Below are positions 41,243 through 52,094 of a stretch of 64,000 nucleotides of DNA, in pieces. Within the stretch, counting starts at the first letter, position 1, and every line of letters begins with the position of its first letter. The stretch lies in the NCBI GenBank assembly GCA_963695855.1, contig CAVOHZ010000010.1, positions 1,376,001-1,440,000 of the forward strand. Reading direction: 5' to 3'. Under the pieces are notes generated by a model. That model was not told the DNA's origin and ran no database searches. It was given only the letters and a program-made list of their open reading frames with translations. The stretch comes from an uncultured Nitrososphaerales archaeon (GTDB lineage: Archaea > Thermoproteota > Nitrososphaeria > Nitrososphaerales > Nitrososphaeraceae). The translations under genes and the position numbers were made by a program.

Positions 41243-41277
41243 GTGAGATTTGACCCTTTGATAAAGTGGGACCAGTT
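41243..41277 (-). repeat. tRNA T-arm-like dispersed motif, copy 3
   Basis: Minus strand TCCCACTTTATCAAAGGGTCAAATCTCAC. Confidence 0.6.
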
Positions 41278-41522
41278 AATGTAGTTTAAACCATAAAATA
41301 GAGATTCGAATGTTCTACTTTTTATAATTTTATTACTCTAATAATCATTTTTTGAATATATCTTTTTTATTGCTACTAATTTAATATATTATCATCAATA
41401 TTAAATCAGTCATATCAAAGAGAGAAAAGTAAAATGGAATATCTGAATACTTATCCAAGTGTTCTGAATTAATGTTTATATATATTCTACTTAATGTAAC
41501 TAATTCAATAGATGATTATTAA

Positions 41523-42035
41523 TTGAAAAAAAACAAAACAACTAGTAAAAAAATATCTTTAGCTGTTTTATCAATAATATTAATAGGATCGATTACTTTA
41601 ATGATTTTTTATTTTTTAAATCCACAAATAGAATATATTTATCAAAATGATAAATCAATTAGAACAGATAATCAAATCTTTGCAACCCTTTCAAATCCTA
41701 CAGGTATAGCGGCTGATAGTGCAGGAAATGTTTATGTTCTTGATACTGAAAATGAGATAATACAAAAGTTTACGACTAATGGTACATTTGTTAAAGAATG
41801 GAACATTCAAAAAACAAGAATATCAGATTTACTTCCTACAGGTATAGCGGCTGATAGTGCAGGAAATGTTTATGTTCTTGATACTGAAAATGAGATAATA
41901 CAAAAGTTTACGACTAATGGTACATTTGTTAAAGAATGGTAGAATGGTAAAATTAGACAATATATTATCTTCTCATGAAGGTATGTAGCAGCTGATAATG
42001 CAGGAAATATGTATGTTATTGACATAGATAACTTA
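41523..42035 (+). pseudogene. Membrane-anchored NHL-repeat protein, truncated (ORF ends at 41942)
   Basis: PTGIAADSAGNVYVLDTENEIIQKF twice; a decayed third repeat follows the stop. Confidence 0.8.
41696..41939 (+). repeat. Identical 106-bp direct repeat (41696-41801 and 41834-41939)
   Basis: The two NHL units match at the nucleotide level. Confidence 0.9.
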
Positions 42036-42189
42036 TAAAAGGAAAGGAATAGAAAGATTTAATTTCATTTATACTCAAAAATAATTATGAATGGGAAAGA
42101 CCAGATTTTGAAGAAGTATGTATTAACATGGAAGTTATTGGAACGTAAACACCGCTGATTACAAAGATATTTAAGTAAATAAATTAATT

Positions 42190-42742
42190 ATGTTATACAC
42201 ATTGGGCATTTATTATATTATCTCTTCTATATCTGATTTGGAGATTATGAAATGTTTGCTGTCCGATGCTAGAAAGTCAGTTGAGGATATTGCTAATGAA
42301 ACTTCGCTCTCGCCTAGAACCGTGGCAAGAAAATTAGGAAAAATGAGAGAAAACCATGTTTTACAATTTACTATTTCAAGAAAACTATCTTCTGTGCGAT
42401 TAACAGGTTATATGGAATTTGATGTCTAATTCATGTTGAAATACCTAGACACCAGAGCATACTTGAAAAAATATACCGTGAATTGGACGAATACTTGATT
42501 TATATTCCAGGTTGGTATCAAAGACAAGTTATTGTCGCAGTATTCTTTTGTGCGAACATTTCTACAGCCAATTTAATACTAAGAATATAGAATCTTATAA
42601 TGGACTCAATAAAGTCGAGTCGTTCATAAGAACTAATATAACAATTAATCAAAACTGGTTAAAGGGTGAGATTGATAAAAGAATAATAACAACCAATCAA
42701 AGCTATCTATCATCGTCGGCTGCTATCACAACAGAACACTGA
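42190..42742 (+). pseudogene. Lrp/AsnC-family regulator, frameshifted
   Basis: DLEIMKCLLSDARKSVEDIANETSLSPRTVARKL HTH; C-terminal part lies in other frames. Confidence 0.7.
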
Positions 42743-42855
42743 CTATTTTTATACCTACACAATAAAAATCAGATAAATGTTAGAAAATTTATACCAAAAA
42801 AAACTATACCCTGACTTGCACAATACCTAAATCAATCTTATCTTTATATTGTTAC

Positions 42856-43506
42856 ATGACCTCTCGTAGAATGGGAAACTCAATAGAGAATGCTACACGC
42901 AATCACTCTTATCAGCGCTTGACAGCCGATAATTCCCTGTTAGTTCTAATTGATCACCAAGTAGGACATTTGCTGACCATTAAGGACATAGACCAAGAAG
43001 AGCTGCGCCATAATGTGGTTGCATCGGCACGCGCAGCCCGTGTCTTAGGTGTCCCAGTCATTCTCACATCAACTGCACCAGATATATTTGGTCCCACTTT
43101 ACCAGAGCTGACAGAAGCGTTATCAGGTATAGAAAACATAGAACGAAGTATCATCAACGCTTGGGAGGATCCAAATGTAAGACAGGCTATCAAGGAGACC
43201 GGACGACGAAAGGTTCTCTTCTCGGCCCTAACTACTCATGTATGTCTGGCTTTTCCCAGCATCTCAGCTGCCAGTGAAGGTTATGACTCGTATGCTCTAC
43301 TTGACAGTTCTGGTACATGGAATGAAACCTTACGAGTAAGCGCAATAGCTCAGATGCAGCAAGCAGGTGTCATTATTTCATCAGGCTTCGCGGCGTTTGT
43401 TGAAATGGTTCATGATAACGCAAATCCAATTGCTCCCAAAGTCTATGCAGCCCTAGATCTTCCAGGTGGCAAATCACTATCACAGCTACTCAAGGGCAGG
43501 ACCTAA
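42856..43506 (+). CDS. Second YcaC-like isochorismatase-family hydrolase
   Basis: LIDHQVG, ERSIINAWED, THVCLAFP. Confidence 0.88.
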   Translation: MTSRRMGNSIENATRNHSYQRLTADNSLLVLIDHQVGHLLTIKDIDQEELRHNVVASARAARVLGVPVILTSTAPDIFGPTLPELTEALSGIENIERSIINAWEDPNVRQAIKETGRRKVLFSALTTHVCLAFPSISAASEGYDSYALLDSSGTWNETLRVSAIAQMQQAGVIISSGFAAFVEMVHDNANPIAPKVYAALDLPGGKSLSQLLKGRT

Positions 43507-43606
43507 CCAAGGCCTTAATAGGCCGAATTCTAATTATGGTGAAGATTATGTTGTTGTGTTTTATTTCAGTTAGTGAAAATACCAAGATATTCTAGGCATC
43601 ATATGT

Positions 43607-44109
43607 ATGACTGAACAACTCAGTTTGTCTAAATCTGTCCTGTCAAGTCATAGACTATTCAGAGCTCTGTGGATAGCCAATACCGTTTCAAATATTGGCA
43701 CTTTCATGCAAAGCGTTGGTAGCGCTTGGTTGATGACATCGCTTTCCTCTTCACCATTAATTGTCGCGCTTTTACAAACAGCAACTAGTCTATCTATTGT
43801 ACTGCTAGCCTTACCTGCGGGCGCACTTGCAGATGTATTTGACAGACGTCGACTGCTTTTAATAACACCATATTTTATGCTTGTAGTTGCGGCAACGCTT
43901 ACCTTGCTTACTCTGACTGGATTTATTACAGCATCTACTCTATTTGATGAAAGATGGTGATGGTAAAATTGACAAAACTCCTTCTTTACATTGGCCTATT
44001 CCAAATATCATAGTAGGATCAGGAATAGAACAAAAACCTGTATTAATAAAAATAGAATACAAGATTGATCCTACTAAAAAAAATAGAATTTGAAAGGATT
44101 ATGAAAGAA
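43607..44109 (+). pseudogene. MFS_3 transporter with a large internal deletion
   Basis: N-terminal TMs (GALADVFDRRRL) joined to KIDKTPSLHWPIPN...IEYKIDP, which matches the C-terminal part of 35905..37557. Confidence 0.8.
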
Positions 44110-44252
44110 GGTGGCACCAGAAAAGAGTTTAGAGAGATTATCGATATGTCCAGAGAACTCAAAGTCAGAGTTTGGAAGAGATTCAAATTCGAAGATGCTA
44201 AAGAAGCATTACAAACATTATTTTCCAAAGAGATGGTAGAATTCTATTAGAA
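44110..44252 (+). pseudogene. C-terminal fragment resembling an MDR-family dehydrogenase
   Basis: GGTRKEFREII...FKFEDAKEALQTL...DGRILL. Confidence 0.5.
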
Positions 44253-44478
44253 ACCAATAGCAGCATATAGTTATCCTGAGCCTCAGGGTTTCAACAAGTA
44301 CCCCATCCCACCAAAGGAAGCATTCTACCATACCGAGATGAGGGAGTTCCTGTTACCCTATAATGTAGTACGTACCGCAAATTCGCCTTCTGAGGTTTTA
44401 CTGACATTCCTGCAAAGCACGTATGAAGCTGCAGCGACTTGTGCCAAATGGGATCGAAATGCACTGGAGCGTCAGTAA
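44253..44478 (+). pseudogene. C-terminal fragment resembling DUF5996 proteins
   Basis: YSYPEPQGF...EFLLPYNVVR...FLQSTYEAAA...WDRNALE. Confidence 0.7.
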
Positions 44479-44576
44479 ATACTGGTAGCCGTGCTTAGGT
44501 AACTCGAATTGATAATCAAACATGTTAGTATCAATAGTCAAATAGTCTTTGACTAGGTCTGGTCCCACTTTTTAAC

Positions 44577-45521
44577 CTACACGTAACCTTGACCGGCACG
44601 TAGTCTAAGAAGTCCAAGTAACATCTTGCTTTCCTCCTGAGTGAGTTGCTCCACAGAACGATTGCCGGCCTCGCGAAGCACTCCTTGGGTGATAGTTTGT
44701 TTAAGTTCATCAGTGAGCTCAGGATTCCCAAGGGTTTTCATCATGGAAGCGAGTGGGTCCATGAGGTGTTCCATGAAATGCCGAATCCCTCCTTCACCTC
44801 CACCAAGATGCCACAACAAACTGGGACCCATCACTCCCCATCGAAGTCCAGGCCCCCAGCTTACAGCAGCGTCTGCATCCTCAACACTCAACACTCCTTG
44901 CTCAATTAGGTATACGACTTCTCTATAGAGCGCCGCTTGAAGTCGGTTTGCAGCATGGCCAGGCAATTCCTTATGTAGGTGGATAGGCTTCTTCCCGATG
45001 GAAGCATAAAATGCTATCGCCTGTTGGATCGCTTCGGGCGATGTTTTATTCCCTCCAACGACCTCGACTAACGGAATCATGTGTGGAGGATTGAAAGGAT
45101 GCCCTATGACACAACGTTCAGGATGCTTGCAACCGGATTGAATGACGCTCATGATTATCCCAGACGAACTAGAGGCAATGATCGAATCAGAAGGTGTGGC
45201 ATCGTCTATCTCGGCGAATAACTTGATCTTGAAATCCGGACGTTCAGGTGCGTTTTCCTGAACAAAGTCAGCCTCCGATAATGCTTCCTTCATATTTGAA
45301 GTAAAGGTCAGCCTGTCGCGTGTTGCACCAGGCGAGAGGCCGATGATTGTGAGCTCCTTCCATGCGGCATCAATATTTTCGCGTAATTTGGATTCCGCGT
45401 TTGAGTTGGGATTAGTAGCAATTACATCAAATCCACGTGCAAGATATTGCGCTGCCCAGCTCGCACCTATGACTCCGGTACCGATAATAGCGATAAGACG
45501 TACCTGTTTATTCAACGACAT
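44577..45521 (-). CDS. 3-hydroxyacyl-CoA dehydrogenase family (L-carnitine dehydrogenase/lambda-crystallin-like)
   Basis: GTGVIG, QENAPE, SSSSG, GHPFNPP, ANRLQ, GPGLRW. Confidence 0.9.
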   Translation of the reverse strand: MSLNKQVRLIAIIGTGVIGASWAAQYLARGFDVIATNPNSNAESKLRENIDAAWKELTIIGLSPGATRDRLTFTSNMKEALSEADFVQENAPERPDFKIKLFAEIDDATPSDSIIASSSSGIIMSVIQSGCKHPERCVIGHPFNPPHMIPLVEVVGGNKTSPEAIQQAIAFYASIGKKPIHLHKELPGHAANRLQAALYREVVYLIEQGVLSVEDADAAVSWGPGLRWGVMGPSLLWHLGGGEGGIRHFMEHLMDPLASMMKTLGNPELTDELKQTITQGVLREAGNRSVEQLTQEESKMLLGLLRLRAGQGYV

Positions 45522-45536
45522 GATCCGTTTCTCCTT

Positions 45537-46526
45537 TTAGTCAAGACTTGAGCCCAATTCAGCGTATGCTATGCCAGATAGGTTCCCCTGCGCATAGAGT
45601 AGTGTCTTCTTATCCGATCCGTCGAGCTTGGCCGAATAGATCGAACCACCTAGGTCAGTCACAAACATTCGTTCTCCTTTGAGATCGAGAGCTATACCAA
45701 TTCCCTCCATCAAGTGGGTAAGCAGAATCTCCGGACTCTGATTCTTCGGTTTCCCATCAATCGGGGCGCGATTGACCGTGTTACCACCTGGAGGATCGCC
45801 ACGATCTGTCCAGTACAGCACACGATTGTAAACATCGAGCTCCAGGTCAATTGGCTCGGGCAGCCCTTCGAATAACACTTCACCGTCAGTGCGATTTTCC
45901 GGACTCTGGCCATTTGGTATTTCGGTACTAACGCGAAAGATTCTGCCCTTTCCGGCATCGTCAGGACCTTTCTGTGTCCAGTAGATTTGCCCGCGACCTG
46001 GATCAACGGAGATCCCGACACACCATTTCATCTGGTCTAGGCGATCCTCGTCGCCTTGTCCATTCTGTACGAGGGTTTCAATCTTCGAACCATCCAGATT
46101 TGAGCGCATGACTCGCATCCCTTCCCGATCCGACCAATACAATTTGCTGTTCTTCTTATCAAGATGGAGCTGTTTTGGAGTGAACGTACCACCCTGGGGA
46201 ACAATCATCGTGCGATTCTGTCCGTCTAGGTCGGCGCGTTCTATGGAACCGTCGTTCACATTAGGAATGCCCATGTCGGTCCAGTAAATGTGTCCGGCCT
46301 CAACATCTACTACTATGCCATCTGGATGTCGGCAACCTGATACGATTACCTTCCGGTCGGAACCGTCCGCATTGAGTGAGAAGACCTGGCCACTGCTTAA
46401 CTCTAGCACGAATAAGCGTCCGATACTGGATTTAGAGCCAGATGTTACACGTTTTGGTTCGGTAAATTCTGATTCAGTTTCCAACCGGTCTAGATTAGAG
46501 TGTTGAACATATCGAATATCTTGCAT
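45537..46526 (-). CDS. YWTD (LDL-receptor class B) beta-propeller protein
   Basis: YWTD, YWSD, YWTQ, YWTD and FVTD repeats; start moved to MQDIRY. Confidence 0.8.
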   Translation of the reverse strand: MQDIRYVQHSNLDRLETESEFTEPKRVTSGSKSSIGRLFVLELSSGQVFSLNADGSDRKVIVSGCRHPDGIVVDVEAGHIYWTDMGIPNVNDGSIERADLDGQNRTMIVPQGGTFTPKQLHLDKKNSKLYWSDREGMRVMRSNLDGSKIETLVQNGQGDEDRLDQMKWCVGISVDPGRGQIYWTQKGPDDAGKGRIFRVSTEIPNGQSPENRTDGEVLFEGLPEPIDLELDVYNRVLYWTDRGDPPGGNTVNRAPIDGKPKNQSPEILLTHLMEGIGIALDLKGERMFVTDLGGSIYSAKLDGSDKKTLLYAQGNLSGIAYAELGSSLD

Positions 46527-46726
46527 ATTGATACCTTTCATTTCGTAATAATTATAATTTTGTCTATGAGATTCTGTTAACAGTCTGTCAGATATTGTCC
46601 CTTGGTTAGTGTTTGATCGAACCGATAGGGCATTACAAGAACAAGAAGCAAAAAAAGGTTTAAGGGCTAGATGACACCTGGCTATAAAACTTATTAGAAA
46701 GTTGAATGGGATATTGACCAACTGAA

Positions 46727-48238
46727 ATGAGTTCCACCAACGACGTTTTTACTAAGACACTCAGGTCGAAACTCAATAATCCGGTGAGTTCCCCGGAGTT
46801 TGATCTATATACAGGGTTAGATGAAGTTCTAAGCGGCATCGGACTGACAGTCGCTGACAGTGGAGGAAAGATCACGTTTTATGGGAAGGATCCGATCGTG
46901 CCAAGCTGTTTCAGATTCGGAGCGATGTCGGCGATCGGTTTGGCCGCCAAAGCTGTAGCAGCATCTGCCATCTGGAGATCTAGAAGCGGGGAAGGACAAG
47001 ATATTCATGTCGATGTACGCAAGGCGCTGCGACGGTTTGCACCCTTCTTCGAGCGCGAATGGGAGAGGATTAATGGTCATCAGGCTTCATTTGCCTCCGA
47101 TCCGGAAAATCCTTTCATTCACTATCCTAGTATGACTTTGTGGAATAAGACACGCGATGGACGTTGGATAATGCCTGCCAACGTCTATCCCAGACTGCGA
47201 GCTCGTGCAACCACCTTGCTCAGATGTGACGATAGTGTCAATGCAGTTCAGAATGCAATATTGCAGTGGCGCGCTGATGAACTAGAGACGACCGCTTCGG
47301 AAGCAGGTCTACCATTTGCAATGCTTCGCACCACTCAAGAATTTATGGGAGAACCTCAGTATAAAGAGGTACTCTCAAGAGAGCCTCTGATCAGGGTGGA
47401 GAAGATAGGCGAGAGCGACCCGGTACCGTTTAAGCCAGATGGTAAGACTCCTCTGGATGGGGTGCGAGCACTCGGGATGGGTCATGTGATTGCCGGAGCA
47501 GGCATTGGTAGAGATCTGGCCCTTTTCGGAGCAGATGTCCTGAACATCTGGCAGCCACTCGATTGGGAATTAGATATATTCTACTGGTCGTCTCATGTAG
47601 GTATGAGGTCAAGCATCCTTGATTTACATGAAAAGGCAGATCTAGAAACATTCAATCAATTGCTGAATCATGCCGACGTATTCTTTTCGAATCGACGCCC
47701 AGGTTATCAGGAGCGTTACGGTCTAACAGCAGATGAGGTATGTTCAAAGCGTCCAGGTCTGATCCATGCGAAGGTTGTCCTCTATGGCGAGACTGGTCCA
47801 TGGTCGAATCGTACGGGATTTGATGAGGTTGCGGGAGCAACTACAGGGGTATTCACATTAGAAGGTACGCCTGCTAACCCACGACTGCCTCCTATCCACG
47901 TAGTATGTGACTACATAGCGGGTTGGTTTACCTCGGCTGGTATCATGTCAGCACTTCGCAGACGTGCAGTTGAGGGCGGAAGCTACCGCGTAGTCGTATC
48001 TCTCGCGGGGGTTACTCTGTGGCTGCTTTCACTCGGCATCTTCGGCAAAAAATATGCGCATGCAACCGCAGGTTCGTCGGATGAACACACATATGTTGCT
48101 CCAGACCTCTTTACGGCTGAGACACCATTAGGTCTGTATCAAGGGGTTACCGAACAAGTGGTTATGTCTCGAACGCCCGGCTCATTCCGAACCGTCCTTG
48201 TTCCGCGCGGTTCTTCCAAACCAGAATGGGAATCGTAA
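46727..48238 (+). CDS. CaiB/BaiF family III CoA-transferase-like protein (long form)
   Basis: PLDGVRAL...VIAG...LALFGADV, ADVFFSNRRPG, YGETGPW, GFD. Confidence 0.85.
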   Translation: MSSTNDVFTKTLRSKLNNPVSSPEFDLYTGLDEVLSGIGLTVADSGGKITFYGKDPIVPSCFRFGAMSAIGLAAKAVAASAIWRSRSGEGQDIHVDVRKALRRFAPFFEREWERINGHQASFASDPENPFIHYPSMTLWNKTRDGRWIMPANVYPRLRARATTLLRCDDSVNAVQNAILQWRADELETTASEAGLPFAMLRTTQEFMGEPQYKEVLSREPLIRVEKIGESDPVPFKPDGKTPLDGVRALGMGHVIAGAGIGRDLALFGADVLNIWQPLDWELDIFYWSSHVGMRSSILDLHEKADLETFNQLLNHADVFFSNRRPGYQERYGLTADEVCSKRPGLIHAKVVLYGETGPWSNRTGFDEVAGATTGVFTLEGTPANPRLPPIHVVCDYIAGWFTSAGIMSALRRRAVEGGSYRVVVSLAGVTLWLLSLGIFGKKYAHATAGSSDEHTYVAPDLFTAETPLGLYQGVTEQVVMSRTPGSFRTVLVPRGSSKPEWES

Positions 48239-48514
48239 GAATCGTATGCTAAAGTACATACAGATTATACAATAAATTCGTCCTTTTAAAAATTCAAATC
48301 GGCTGCAATATTTTGAAGATCCAATACTATAACGCACCTTGTAAAGGCTCTAGAATTTCTATCTGGTGAATTTGATCTTTCTCAGAAAGAATATTTGCTA
48401 TATCATAATTAGAAACTGCTTCAAAATCTGTAATATTATATCCTCTATTACTTGCCTTTTTGACAAATTCATCTTATCTATATAGCTTTAACTGACTATC
48501 ATTTAGTCAATTAT

Positions 48515-49520
48515 GTGAGGCATGCTCCTATCAGAAACATTTCGGAGGAGGAGAAGAGAGAACTGTACGACCTTCTAGATAATAATCCTGACATAAAGTA
48601 CAGAGCTAAAAATGTACTTTTTGGTGGAGAGGAAGGCTATACAGTACCTGAAATAAGAGAGATGACCAATATCTATGATAAAACTATACGAAAGTGGATA
48701 CATAGATTCAACTATTACGGTGAATGTGGTATTTTTACAGAAATAGACTATTCTAGAATGATAAAGATAACTGACAAGGCTAAGGATGAAATCTTGTGCA
48801 TATCTTCAACCAACCCAAGGGAGATAGGTTTGAAATTCTAAACTTGGTCTTTAAGGTCGATTGCAGGATATGTGAAGGAAAAGAAGCTAATAAAAGAAGA
48901 TGGCATAAGCCATACCGCGATAAGGGATATTCTGATAGAGAAGGGTGTTGAATGGAGACATTCAAAAACCATTCTTGGTAAAAGCAAGGATCCTGAATAT
49001 GATTTATAAAAAGCGCATTGAAGAGCTGAAAAAAAATACATATCCAGATTATGTCCTTCTGTTTCAAGATGAAAAAGGACATATAGCAGCTAAAACCTAT
49101 GGTGGTTTTTTATGGTGTTCTACTCAGGCCAAAATAGAACATGATCAGAAAGTAAAAGATTTGTTGAACGTGTTTGGCATTTATGATTATACAAATGATA
49201 GAATGTTAACACACTGCTATCAACAGAAGAGAAGAAAAGCAATCAATTCGTAGATTTCATTGAAAGAGTTGATTCATTCTATGATTTGAATATAAAAAGA
49301 ATATTGTTGGTACTGGACAATGCATCCATACACAAATCAAAGAAAACTAAAGAAGCATTGTCGAAACACCATCCAAGAAAAGCCATTGACAATAATACGT
49401 TCAGAAATCAATCAGATATTGGACAAGCAGTACAAGATTGGACTGAATTACAACGCTACTCATGGGAGAAGGATAAATGACATTTTACAGATAGGAGTAA
49501 TGCCATTGCTTACATAACTC
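48515..49520 (+). mobile_element. IS630-family transposase pseudogene
   Basis: HTH, FQDEKG and LDNASIH in several frames with stops and an internal deletion. Confidence 0.85.
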
Positions 49521-50379
49521 TTAACTTACTGCAGCAGCACCTTAATAGGATAGGAGAAAATAAGCAGGCTACAGAATTTTTTGATAAAGCCATTTATGCA
49601 TACATTTTTTGATTAATCGAAAATCATTTCTCCTTACGCTGATCTAGATCGCTTAGTTCAAATCCGGTCGTACCGGACGTGGTATCGAGACGATTCGACA
49701 TTGTGAGTAGACAATGGCAAATTGTATAAGGGAACTATAGATCAGCAACGAGAATGGTACAGATGCACAAGTGTTGGACTCATTCATAACATAGCATCAT
49801 GAATCACGAATGGTGATGGCAAGATTCCTCCTGGATGCACACATGGCGGTTGCAAAGTAAATCCAGAACCAAACCCAGTATATATGATTCCTGAAGGCTG
49901 TGGTCCATTCCATCAAAATCCAATACATGGACCAATCATGAAATGTCACTCTTTTGGACTTGTACCACATCATGGCAAGTGCACAGATGTCCATACTCAT
50001 AACCATAGCAGCGGTAATAGTAACAGCAACAGCAACAATAGCGGCTTTGCAAACGGGTATGATTCATATGCGATCGCTTGTTGACCGAGTATCATTATGG
50101 CAAGCACAAAAAAAGATGATTTAAAGAATGAAAATATATCGCAGTCATCATCAACTTCCACGAGCACCGCAAAGTCTGCCTCTTCATTTGCTAGTAGCGA
50201 TTATCAACAATCAACAACAACATCAATACGACAGCAGCAACAACAACCTTTCCTGAATGAAGAACACTATCAGCAATACCTGCAGGTTGACAGGTCCATA
50301 TCCCGCGTAAGGAGTAGGAGAACATAGATCATGCCGAAATGGGCCTCACCGAAACGGTCACCGAAATGGAGCCACTCCC

Positions 50380-51201
50380 ATGCCATATTCTGATTACAAA
50401 TGTTTCCGGTTCGGGTTTGATTCTGGAATCGCATTCGTCAGCATCGATCACCCGCCGATAAATCTTCTTGATGAAGTTCTGTCGCAGGAATTCGACAAAC
50501 TCGGCAGGGAACTCGAGGCCGATGAGAGCGTCCGGGTTGTGGTCTTGCAGAGCGCGCTTCCTGATTTCTTTATAGCCCACTCTGGTTTAGGCCGGGTTGG
50601 AAGCGCTTCCAAAATGGTGTCCCATACGCGCAGCTTTCGTCTTACGCAGACGATCGGCGAGCGGTTCAGGAACATGCCTAAGGTAACCATTGCCAAAATC
50701 GAGGGACGGGCCCGGGGCGGAGGGAGTGAGATCGCGCTGGCCGTGGACATGTGTTTTGCTGCCGTTGGCAAAGCGATCTTCGGCCATCCAGAGGTGGCCA
50801 TTGGGCTTGTTCCGGGCGGTGGCGCTACGCAAAGATTGCCACGGCTCATGGGGCGGGGACGCGCCTTGGAGGTGCTCTTGGGTTGCAATGATCTCTCGGC
50901 GGAGCTGGCAGAACGTTACGGCTATATCAATCGAGCGTTGCCAGCGGACGAACTGACGCCTTTTGTCGAGAAACTGGCTCACCGCATCGCCTCATTTCCT
51001 GCGCATGCCATCGCTCACGCCAAGGCGGCCGTGGATACTGGAGCATTTAGTTCCATAGCAGAGGGGCTTCTGGTGGAAGCCCATGAGTCCGATTTGAGTG
51101 TGGCTAGCGAGGTGACGCAAGCGCGCGTGACGGAAGCATTGAAGGTCGGCGCCGAAACTTATGAAGGCGAGCTGGAGATGGATTATTTATCGAGACTCTA
51201 G
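50380..51201 (+). CDS. Enoyl-CoA hydratase/isomerase family protein
   Basis: DHPPINL, ARGGGSE, PEVAIGLVPGGG. Confidence 0.9.
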   Translation: MPYSDYKCFRFGFDSGIAFVSIDHPPINLLDEVLSQEFDKLGRELEADESVRVVVLQSALPDFFIAHSGLGRVGSASKMVSHTRSFRLTQTIGERFRNMPKVTIAKIEGRARGGGSEIALAVDMCFAAVGKAIFGHPEVAIGLVPGGGATQRLPRLMGRGRALEVLLGCNDLSAELAERYGYINRALPADELTPFVEKLAHRIASFPAHAIAHAKAAVDTGAFSSIAEGLLVEAHESDLSVASEVTQARVTEALKVGAETYEGELEMDYLSRL

Positions 51202-51883
51202 CCTTTTGTACTTCCTTTTGGCAGAGATAGTTGTTGTTGTTTTTTATATAATACATACAGTGAACCGTCGTATAAGGAGAAGACGTTTTCTACAAGAAAT
51301 TACAAAAGGTATGATGGATGCTCGCAAGTCGCTTTGGACTGATCCCTTGACTCGAGGGATCTCGCTAGTGGGGCCGAATCATCCCGATACAACCTGGAAG
51401 GCTGGGATCATCATCGTTCCTTTTCCTGGACTAGCATAGCTAATAGCAACTATCCTTAGCTTAATTCGGTTCCGTTTTTTTGACAAAATAAAGGTATACT
51501 AGATTTTAAATGAGTTATAGTTAAATTAATCGTCAATATCATCATATGTCAAGCGAAATCTGGAGGCAAACATCTTCTATTCATCCTGCAGTCAAGTTTT
51601 CTCTGTCCAATAAAATTAATGGAGTCCGGTGCTGCCTTATCGTCATAGATGATCACAGAAATACCCAGAACTGGTATGTCCAACCCCATACAGCCTTTGC
51701 CATATCAACAAGCTATCTTTTCAGAACTCAATAATATGGATAACATACATGAATTAAGAAACGATTATTTTCACTAAGCATGAATTGAGTTCATTTCGAT
51801 ACGAGATTCTCGTTATGGTTTTAGCAAGTAATTAATGGTTAGTAACGACCAGACTTTAATAATTGCTATCTATATACAGGGTC

Positions 51884-52040
51884 ATGAAATCTATCCAGAT
51901 GAAGAAATATAGTGGTAGTGATCTGGTTGAGGTCAATGAGACATCATCAGTACCAAGTATGTCTTCAGGAAAAATTCTGGTTAGTGTAAAGGCGTCTGAA
52001 GTAAATCCAGTGGATTGGAAAATTCGCGAAGGATATATTG
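51884..52040 (+). pseudogene. N-terminal fragment of an NADPH:quinone reductase (MDR family)
   Basis: MKSIQMKKYSG...ILVSVKASEVNPVDWKIREGY, then an abrupt switch to GC-rich DNA. Confidence 0.75.
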
Positions 52041-52094
52041 CACTGCCCGATAGCAGGTTCCCTGACACCGACTAGAGAAGGGGGAGAAAACAGA

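Noticed and set aside
49797-50327. Short low-complexity ORFs (Ser/Gln/Asn/His-rich)
   Set aside because: No family motif; probably debris, and coding status cannot be supported.
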